A DNA stretch of 20,615 nt, from the IMG/VR virus record IMGVR_UViG_2740892212_000021; one strand, 5' to 3'. The DNA comes from a virus. Its lineage: Duplodnaviria; Heunggongvirae; Uroviricota; Caudoviricetes. A model generated the notes under the pieces. The model saw nothing but the letters and a program-made list of their open reading frames with translations. It was not told the origin of the DNA and searched no databases. The position numbers and the translations under genes were made by a program. This document shows, piece after piece, positions 7,983 through 14,835 of the stretch (the stretch's first letter is position 1; each line of letters begins with the position of its first letter).

Positions 7983-9056
7983 TTACGCTCCCGGCTCTGC
8001 GGTCGCCTTAGCCGGTGTGGAGAAATCACCGACCTTAATTTTTTCCACCAGACAACCGGCGGCGTAGTCTTCCACCACGTAATCAATGTTCATTGACTCG
8101 TAGTTCTCCACGCGGTCGAGTTTCGGGTTTTCCTCAATCACGCGGCGATGGCTGTCATCCATGTAGTAGATGGACAGGTTTTCCAGCTTCGTGATGAGCA
8201 TCGCATCCGCCGGGAAGTACGGGACGCGTACCGCTGGCAGGTTGCCGATACGTTTCTGGCTGATGATGACGTCAGCGGCCAGCATTTCGCTGTTGTCCTG
8301 CTCTTTGTTGACGATGGGGAAATACTTGTCCGCCAGTAGCTGACGTCCCACAATCACCACAAGGTCAGGGTCTTCCTGATACCACGGTTCAATCAGGTTG
8401 TTGGTCGCATCCATCACCAGTGCATCAAGGCTGGCATAATCGCCGCCCTTACCCACGCGGATAACCTCAGAGGTGGTGCGCCCTTCCTCGTCAGTGACCT
8501 TGCTCATCACGCGCGCCGGGGCTTCATTGCGGTATTTCTGCAACCAGCCGACCGCCACATCCTGCAACATCGGATTGCTGCTGCGGTCAGAAGTTTCGGC
8601 ACGCTTCACGCCGTTAAAACCGGCCATGATGAAATCAAGGGACTGGCGTTTGATAATGGCGTTACGGATACGGAGCTGGAAATCCTGATAACGCGCCCAC
8701 AGGTCCAGCGTTTTGTAGCGGATATAAAAATCGAAGTTAATCTGGTCGCATTCGTACTTGTTTGACGCCAGCTTCGAGAAGTCCTTCGGCTGACGCTCGG
8801 TGCCACCGGCGGTGTCGGTGGTGCTGGCGATGGAGCCGGTGACACCAATACCAATTTTTTCCCCTTTCATTTCGCTGACCGGCACAATGTTGATGCGGGT
8901 CAGAAAGTCAGAGGACTCCTGCATGGTGTTCATCAGGGTCTGGGTGACCGACGGTTCAACGGTGAATTTTTTCGACACATCACCGGCGTCGATGCCGTTC
9001 AGTTCGGCAACACGGGACAGGTAGGCATTAAATTTAAAGCGGGTTTCCTGGCGCAT
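7983..9056 (-). CDS. N: Major capsid protein N (P2 gpN-like), 357 aa
   Basis: MRQETRFKFNAYLSRVAELNGIDAGDVSKKFTVEPSV... recalled as P2 N; AGGA ribosome-binding site upstream; length equal. Confidence 0.94.
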   Translation of the reverse strand: MRQETRFKFNAYLSRVAELNGIDAGDVSKKFTVEPSVTQTLMNTMQESSDFLTRINIVPVSEMKGEKIGIGVTGSIASTTDTAGGTERQPKDFSKLASNKYECDQINFDFYIRYKTLDLWARYQDFQLRIRNAIIKRQSLDFIMAGFNGVKRAETSDRSSNPMLQDVAVGWLQKYRNEAPARVMSKVTDEEGRTTSEVIRVGKGGDYASLDALVMDATNNLIEPWYQEDPDLVVIVGRQLLADKYFPIVNKEQDNSEMLAADVIISQKRIGNLPAVRVPYFPADAMLITKLENLSIYYMDDSHRRVIEENPKLDRVENYESMNIDYVVEDYAAGCLVEKIKVGDFSTPAKATAEPGA

Positions 9057-9114
9057 AGTTTTTCCTGAAATTAAGGGTTAATCGTGAAAGTTTTTCCGGA
9101 CTGACTGACGCCGG

Positions 9115-9969
9115 TCAGCAGTTCGTCATCAGGGCGTCACCGCCACCGCCGGTGGCTTTGCTGCGGCGCTGCTGGGTCAGACTTTCGGTGTGGTCGAGGC
9201 TGTTTTTCAGGCGGGTGAATGCCTGGCTGGTTTCATCCGCCCTGTCAGTCACCTCCTGCTTAAGTGCGGAAAAGGCGGTTTCCATCTCAGCGAGGCGCTG
9301 CTCAGTGGCGCTCAGTTTTTCCTGCACATGTTCAGCAACAGCGGTCACCGCTTCATGCACGTCATTCAGACGGGCGTCATCGCTGGCCTGTTTGCGGCCA
9401 AAAATGGATTTCACCTTTTCGGTCAGGGCGGTGAACACGGTTTCAGGCAGGTCTTCAAATTCCAGCTCAACAGGCGTTGCCACTGAAATCAGGTTTTCAG
9501 GGCTTAATTTGAAGCGGTTCAGGGGGTTGTGTTTTGCCGTACGGCAGAATTCCAGGTATTCCGTACCGAGGCTTGCCGGGTCATCGGTGACGGCCAGCCC
9601 CACCAGATAACATTTGCCGGTGTTGGCAAAGTTCGGCTGAATTTCCATTGAGGTGTAGACCTTCTGCGCGGCCTTGTTCATCGCGATAAGGTCATCGGTC
9701 GGGGTGATTTTCGCAAACAGCGCCCATTTGCCTTTCAGCGCCGAATCGTCATCAATCTTTTCGGCCTTCAGTTCGGCCACATCGCCATAACGCTTAAAAA
9801 TACCGTCAGGCAGGATGCCGCGCAGATGTTCCAGGTTAATGCGGCAACCATAGACTCGCGGGTCAAAGGTTTCGGCCATTTCCTGAATATCCTGCGCACT
9901 GATGACACGCCCGTCACAGGTGTCACCCTCAACGCCGATACGAAAGAATTTTGAGACTTTTTTTGCCAT
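9115..9969 (-). CDS. O: Capsid scaffolding protein O (P2 gpO-like), 284 aa
   Basis: Internal ATG at 9969 giving MAKKVSKFFRIGVEGDTCDGRVISAQDIQEMAETFDP...; the track ORF starts further upstream at a non-ATG codon; divergent from P as in P2. Confidence 0.9.
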   Translation of the reverse strand: MAKKVSKFFRIGVEGDTCDGRVISAQDIQEMAETFDPRVYGCRINLEHLRGILPDGIFKRYGDVAELKAEKIDDDSALKGKWALFAKITPTDDLIAMNKAAQKVYTSMEIQPNFANTGKCYLVGLAVTDDPASLGTEYLEFCRTAKHNPLNRFKLSPENLISVATPVELEFEDLPETVFTALTEKVKSIFGRKQASDDARLNDVHEAVTAVAEHVQEKLSATEQRLAEMETAFSALKQEVTDRADETSQAFTRLKNSLDHTESLTQQRRSKATGGGGDALMTNC

Positions 9970-10142
9970 TGTCAGGAGTCCTGAATAGTGATTAGAGGAG
10001 TCACATGTCGGCATCAGTTTCCCGACGATGCGCATCCTCCGCCATCAGTCCCGGATGGCTTATCACTGACACAACAGCACCTTAGCGAATCGCGGGGCGC
10101 GACTCAGTAGCCTTGCCGTGTATTCATCACGGCGAGGTATTC
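9970..10142. promoter_or_regulatory. Divergent late promoter region between O (minus) and P (plus)
   Basis: 173-bp intergenic region between divergently transcribed late operons; in P2 this holds the Ogr-dependent P and O promoters; individual elements not resolved by eye. Confidence 0.5.
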
Positions 10143-11915
10143 ATGACCATCACCACAGACACCACTCTTTTACACGACCCGCGTCGTCAGGCGGCGCTGC
10201 TGTACTGGCAGGGGTTTTCCGTGCCGCAGATTGCCGCCATGTTGCAGATGAAACGCCCGACGGTGCAGAGCTGGAAACAGCGCGACGGCTGGGACAACGT
10301 TGCCCCCATCAGCCGTGTCGAAATGAGTCTGGAAGCGCGACTGACCCGGCTCATCATCAAACCGCAGAAAACCGGCGGTGACTTCAAGGAAATTGACCTT
10401 CTGGGACGCCAGATTGAACGACTGGCACGGGTCAACCGTTACAGTCAGACCGGCAACGAGGCAGACCTTAATCCGAACGTCGCTAACCGCAACAAAGGCG
10501 GGCGTCGCAAACCGATAAAGAATTTTTTCAGTGACGAGGCCATCGAAAAGCTGGAGCAGATTTTCTTTGAGCAGTCTTTCGAATATCAGTTGCACTGGTA
10601 TCGCGCCGGGCTTGAGCACCGCATCCGCGATATCCTGAAATCCCGCCAGATTGGCGCGACGTTTTATTTTTCCCGCGAGGCGCTGCTGCGCGCCCTGAAA
10701 ACCGGTCATAACCAGATTTTTCTGTCGGCCAGTAAAACGCAGGCGTATGTGTTCCGCGAATACATCATCGCCTTTGCCCGGCTGGTTGACGTTGACCTGA
10801 CCGGTGACCCGATTGTCCTGGGCAATAACGGCGCAAAACTGATTTTTCTCGGCACCAACTCCAACACCGCACAGAGCCATAACGGTGACCTGTACGTCGA
10901 CGAGATTTTCTGGATCCCGAATTTTCAGGTACTGCGTAAGGTGGCATCAGGTATGGCCTCACAGAGTCACCTGCGCTCGACCTATTTCTCCACCCCGTCC
11001 ACGCTGGCGCACGACGCCTACCCGTTCTGGTCAGGTGAACTGTTCAACCGGGGACGCGCCAGCGCCGCCGAACGTGTGGAAATCGACGTCAGTCATAACG
11101 CCCTTGCCGGAGGTCTTCTCTGTGCGGACGGCCAGTGGCGGCAGATTGTCACCATTGAGGACGCCCTGAAAGGTGGCTGCACACTGTTCGACATTGAGCA
11201 GCTCAAACGTGAAAACAGCGCCGACGATTTTAAAAACCTGTTCATGTGTGAATTTGTTGACGACAAGGCGTCGGTGTTCCCGTTCGAGGAGCTGCAACGC
11301 TGCATGGTCGACACGCTGGAAGAATGGGAAGACTATGCGCCGTTTGCCGCCAATCCGTTCGGCTCCCGTCCGGTATGGATTGGTTACGACCCGTCACACC
11401 GTGGCGACAGCGCCGGATGCGTGGTGCTGGCACCGCCGGTGGTGGCCGGTGGCAAATTCAGAATACTTGAGCGTCACCAGTGGAAAGGCATGGACTTTGC
11501 CACCCAGGCGGAATCCATCCGCAAACTCACCGAAAAATACAACGTCGAATACATCGGTATTGATGCCACCGGCCTCGGTGTCGGCGTGTTCCAGCTCGTG
11601 CGCTCGTTCTATCCCGCCGCGCGCGATATCCGCTACACGCCGGAAATGAAAACCGCAATGGTGCTCAAGGCAAAAGACGTTATTCGCCGTGGCTGTCTGG
11701 AATATGACGTCAGCGCCACCGACATCACCAGCTCGTTTATGGCTATCCGCAAGACCATGACCAGCAGCGGACGCAGCGCCACCTATGAGGCCAGCCGCAG
11801 CGAGGAAGCCAGCCACGCCGACCTCGCCTGGGCGACCATGCACGCTCTGTTAAATGAGCCACTCACCGCCGGTATCAGCACCCCGCTGACATCCACCATT
11901 CTGGAGTTTTACTGA
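10143..11915 (+). CDS. P: Terminase large/ATPase subunit P (P2 gpP-like), 590 aa
   Basis: ATG at 10143 preceded by GAGG at -9..-6; MTITTDTTLLHDPRRQAALLYWQGFSVPQIA... recalled as P2 P; TGATG overlap with Q start; length equals P2 P. Confidence 0.94.
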   Translation: MTITTDTTLLHDPRRQAALLYWQGFSVPQIAAMLQMKRPTVQSWKQRDGWDNVAPISRVEMSLEARLTRLIIKPQKTGGDFKEIDLLGRQIERLARVNRYSQTGNEADLNPNVANRNKGGRRKPIKNFFSDEAIEKLEQIFFEQSFEYQLHWYRAGLEHRIRDILKSRQIGATFYFSREALLRALKTGHNQIFLSASKTQAYVFREYIIAFARLVDVDLTGDPIVLGNNGAKLIFLGTNSNTAQSHNGDLYVDEIFWIPNFQVLRKVASGMASQSHLRSTYFSTPSTLAHDAYPFWSGELFNRGRASAAERVEIDVSHNALAGGLLCADGQWRQIVTIEDALKGGCTLFDIEQLKRENSADDFKNLFMCEFVDDKASVFPFEELQRCMVDTLEEWEDYAPFAANPFGSRPVWIGYDPSHRGDSAGCVVLAPPVVAGGKFRILERHQWKGMDFATQAESIRKLTEKYNVEYIGIDATGLGVGVFQLVRSFYPAARDIRYTPEMKTAMVLKAKDVIRRGCLEYDVSATDITSSFMAIRKTMTSSGRSATYEASRSEEASHADLAWATMHALLNEPLTAGISTPLTSTILEFY

Positions 11916-12949
11916 TGAGCAAGAAAAAAGGGAAAACACCGCAACCTGCGGCAAAAACAATGACCGCCAGCGCCCCGAAAATGGAGGCATTCACCTTTGG
12001 TGATCCGGTGCCGGTACTCGACCGCCGTGACATTCTGGATTATGTCGAGTGCATCAGTAACGGCAGATGGTATGAGCCACCAATCAGCTTTACCGGTCTG
12101 GCAAAAAGCCTGCGTGCTGCCGTGCATCACAGCTCACCGATTTACGTCAAACGCAATATTCTGGCCTCGACATTTATCCCGCATCCGTGGCTTTCCCAGC
12201 AGGATTTCAGCCGCTTTGTGCTGGATTTTCTGGTGTTCGGTAATGCGTTTCTGGAAAAGCGATACAGCACCACCGGTAAGGTCATCAGACTGGAAACCTC
12301 ACCGGCAAAATATACCCGCCGTGGTGTGGAAGAGGATGTTTACTGGTGGGTGCCGTCCTTCAACGAGCCGACAGCCTTCGCACCCGGCTCCGTGTTTCAC
12401 CTGCTGGAGCCGGATATTAATCAGGAGCTGTACGGCCTGCCGGAATATCTCAGCGCCCTTAACTCTGCCTGGCTGAATGAGTCGGCCACGCTGTTCCGCC
12501 GCAAGTATTACGAAAACGGCGCTCATGCCGGATACATCATGTACGTCACCGATGCCGTGCAGGATCGCAACGATATCGAAATGCTTCGCGAAAACATGGT
12601 GAAGTCGAAAGGCCGCAATAACTTTAAAAATCTGTTTCTCTATGCCCCACAGGGGAAAGCCGACGGCATTAAAATTATCCCGCTCAGTGAAGTGGCAACG
12701 AAGGACGATTTTTTTAATATCAAAAAAGCCAGCGCCGCTGACCTGCTGGACGCGCACCGCATCCCCTTTCAGTTGATGGGCGGCAAGCCGGAGAACGTCG
12801 GGTCGCTGGGTGATATTGAGAAAGTGGCAAAGGTCTTTGTCCGCAATGAGCTTATCCCGCTACAGGACAGGATCCGCGAGATAAACGGCTGGCTCGGTCA
12901 GGAGGTCATCCGCTTTAAAAACTACTCACTGGACACTGACAACGGCTGA
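11915..12949 (+). CDS. Q: Portal protein Q (P2 gpQ-like), 344 aa
   Basis: MSKKKGKTPQPAAKTMTASAPKMEAFTFGDPVP... recalled as P2 Q; coupled to P; followed by terminator and cos. Confidence 0.94.
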   Translation: MSKKKGKTPQPAAKTMTASAPKMEAFTFGDPVPVLDRRDILDYVECISNGRWYEPPISFTGLAKSLRAAVHHSSPIYVKRNILASTFIPHPWLSQQDFSRFVLDFLVFGNAFLEKRYSTTGKVIRLETSPAKYTRRGVEEDVYWWVPSFNEPTAFAPGSVFHLLEPDINQELYGLPEYLSALNSAWLNESATLFRRKYYENGAHAGYIMYVTDAVQDRNDIEMLRENMVKSKGRNNFKNLFLYAPQGKADGIKIIPLSEVATKDDFFNIKKASAADLLDAHRIPFQLMGGKPENVGSLGDIEKVAKVFVRNELIPLQDRIREINGWLGQEVIRFKNYSLDTDNG

Positions 12950-12953
12950 ACAT

Positions 12954-12977
12954 CGCCGCCTGCGGGCGGCTTTTTTA
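12954..12977 (+). terminator. Rho-independent terminator of the P-Q operon
   Basis: GC-rich hairpin GCCGCC-TGCG-GGCGGC followed by TTTTTT, 5 nt after the Q stop. Confidence 0.7.
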
Positions 12978-13118
12978 CACCCCGTCATCACGCCCTCACA
13001 CGCTCACCACAGCACAAAACACCCCGCAGACACACCAACGCCTCAACGGGCAGACTAAGCGCCTTCACGACGCGCTCAGACGCTGAAAAAATAAAATCAG
13101 CACCACCGCCAGCGCGCA

Positions 13119-13137
13119 GTGCTTTCCCCGCCTCGCC
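13119..13137. other. cos site (19-nt cohesive end core of P2-type phages)
   Basis: Plus strand reads GTGCTTTCCCCGCCTCGCC, the reverse complement of GGCGAGGCGGGGAAAGCAC, which I recall as the P2/P4 cohesive end; located just past Q as in the P2 map; coordinates hand-indexed (+/-1). Confidence 0.75.
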
Positions 13138-13291
13138 CGCCCGCTTCATGGGGCGATTTTGATGCAGTTGCATGAACATACCGAGAATGCGCCAGCACTG
13201 ACAACGCTCATAAGCAACAGGGGATGAAAACGCATGCAATTCGATGCAATAGCACATGCATGAATAGAAACGACTGTAATTAAGGGGAAAC

Positions 13292-13320
13292 AGTATAAAA
13301 ATCCGGCTAAAAATAGCCGA
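13292..13320 (-). terminator. Rho-independent terminator downstream of the 200-aa cargo ORF
   Basis: Hairpin CGGCTA-tttt-TAGCCG on the minus-strand transcript followed by a T-rich run (ATTTTTATAC), about 40 nt after the ORF stop. Confidence 0.55.
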
Positions 13321-13355
13321 CCGTTCACTAGAATCGACTATTTATTGCTTATTTT

Positions 13356-13958
13356 TCACCCCATTTTAACGAGGTGGCTCATTTTTATAGCTGTTACAGA
13401 GTCTTCATAATGAGGCACATCTACAAGAAGAAGTTCTTCATTCCCGGCAAGAGAAACAATGTGCTTTAACAGTAGAGTTTCAATTCTTGATAAATACTCT
13501 GGAACTTTTTTATGAAACCCCAGCGAGTTTTCCCTAACCCGATATGGGTTCCTTACGTGAATATGTTTTGAGCATTCATCATATAGCTTGATAAACTGTT
13601 TTTTCGTCAAAAAACCTCCCGTTAGTTTCGTCCAGCCCGTTTTGGTTACTCCTGATATTGGTACTGGATAAAAGTTAGGGTTTATCTTTTCCAACTCTTT
13701 AAATATATTCTTCGCCTTCCATACACCATCAATCTTCTTTGTAACCTTCTCGTATGCTTTTTCATGTGAAATTAGAGATGAAAATGCAATGAGCTCTAGT
13801 AGCTTCCTAAGCTGCAACGCCTCCATTTCAATTAACACTTGAAAATAAATGCCATCAATCCTTCCAGATGATAAAGCATGAAGTGTTTCAAGTCGCTTTT
13901 GACATTCAAACATTATCTTTAGATATTTTTGTCTTTTTTTCTCATTCATTAATAACAT
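13356..13958 (-). CDS. Hypothetical protein, 200 aa, low-GC cargo gene in the cos-A variable position; candidate anti-phage/exclusion function
   Basis: Intact 200-codon ORF; GC about 30-35% in hand-counted 60-nt lines versus about 55% in flanking phage genes; own terminator; occupies the position of tin/old in P2; no family recognised; Lys/Glu-rich, probably helical, no transmembrane segments. Confidence 0.7.
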   Translation of the reverse strand: MLLMNEKKRQKYLKIMFECQKRLETLHALSSGRIDGIYFQVLIEMEALQLRKLLELIAFSSLISHEKAYEKVTKKIDGVWKAKNIFKELEKINPNFYPVPISGVTKTGWTKLTGGFLTKKQFIKLYDECSKHIHVRNPYRVRENSLGFHKKVPEYLSRIETLLLKHIVSLAGNEELLLVDVPHYEDSVTAIKMSHLVKMG

Positions 13959-14173
13959 GATCTCATCATCATTCTAACGTCATGCAGAAAGCTATATTAG
14001 ACACGTCACCCGAATAAAGCTTCATTACCTAAAAACAAGACCATACCATCAAACATGAGGGGAGGCGTTGAGTTTTTTGTTTTCTCATTGGTTCCAATAC
14101 CACTAACGCCTCGCGATGCTCGTTGTTCAACCCCGCCAGCCCTGAAAACAAGTTTCAAGACTGACGGCGTTTT

Positions 14174-14380
14174 CTATAGTCTGCGTGGCGGTGGAGCAAC
14201 TCTGGACTGACGGATATAATTAAGCCGCCCGTAATTATCCCGGACTATTTCGGCACACCCGACCAGCTCGTCAGGCGTCAGATTTTCGTTGACCATAATC
14301 TGCTGTAGACGGTGAACAATAGCCATCAGCTTGATATTTTTAGTGTTATGTTGCGGTATCTCGCCCGGTATTCTGTGCAT
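14174..14380 (-). CDS. Small hypothetical protein (about 68 aa; 72 aa from the upstream ATG at 14392)
   Basis: ATG overlaps the stop of the upstream ORF (TAATG), suggesting translational coupling; no recognisable motif. Confidence 0.4.
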   Translation of the reverse strand: MHRIPGEIPQHNTKNIKLMAIVHRLQQIMVNENLTPDELVGCAEIVRDNYGRLNYIRQSRVAPPPRRL

Positions 14381-14835
14381 TATCCAAGCCACCCGTTTTG
14401 CTTTGCACGCTCAATCTGTTCATCTGAATAGTTCCATGCTCCATCCGTGGCAACCATTGCCCCGCCAGACATCCCCGTCTCTGGTGCATACATAACAGCA
14501 AGGCCGAGCTGATGCATAATTTCATGATTAATTCTGAATACCAGACCACGCTCACTAAGTTCTTTCCAGTTCACAATCTCATATGCGCCTGTATTAAGCA
14601 GCTCAATACTTAGCAAGACATAATCTTCCAGCCAGTCTGACAGGTCAGTAACATCTGTTATCCGGGCTTCAACCTTTCGCCCCGTATACACACCCTGCGC
14701 CCATTCATGCAAAATCAACGTGTCCCCGCGCTCATAATTACGGTCATTTTTCCGAAACTCTGCGCGTTTCTTTCCTTCCAGCACAAGGTCAAAATATTTT
14801 GCGTGCAGCTTTACCTCGTGAATTTTTGCCATCAT
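14380..14835 (-). CDS. DUF3850/ASCH-like protein with C-terminal HExxH-containing extension (orf91 position of P2), about 151 aa
   Basis: ATGATGA arrangement overlaps the A stop; N-terminal about 85 aa (KIHEVKLHAKYFDLVLEGKKRAEFRKNDRNYERGDTLILHEW) resembles DUF3850/ASCH-like proteins; C-terminal about 65 aa contains HEIMH. Confidence 0.7.
   Translation of the reverse strand: MMAKIHEVKLHAKYFDLVLEGKKRAEFRKNDRNYERGDTLILHEWAQGVYTGRKVEARITDVTDLSDWLEDYVLLSIELLNTGAYEIVNWKELSERGLVFRINHEIMHQLGLAVMYAPETGMSGGAMVATDGAWNYSDEQIERAKQNGWLG

Noticed and set aside
10170-10880. 236-aa minus-strand ORF inside terminase P
   Set aside because: Antisense to the conserved P gene; the track start is probably a non-ATG codon; composition consistent with a spurious antisense ORF.
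11394-11843. 149-aa minus-strand Gly/Ala-rich ORF inside P
   Set aside because: Antisense artefact in a GC-rich coding region.
11997-12757. Alternative-frame and antisense ORFs (159 and 152 aa) within portal Q
   Set aside because: Overlap the Q coding sequence, which is coupled to P and of the expected length; no motif support.
12988-13328. Two minus-strand ORFs (89 and 60 aa) spanning the cos region
   Set aside because: They cross the cos site and the terminator hairpin and are Cys/Arg-rich; the region is more plausibly non-coding packaging signal.
14060-14210. 49-aa plus-strand ORF (MRGGVEFFVFSLVPIPL...) in the spacer upstream of the cargo gene
   Set aside because: Short, no clear ribosome-binding site, and runs antisense into the 3' end of the small coupled ORF; kept only as a possibility if RNA-seq shows plus-strand transcription.
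14346-14555. 69-aa minus-strand ORF overlapping the 3' end of the DUF3850-like gene in another frame
   Set aside because: Embedded in a better-supported ORF; no start context.
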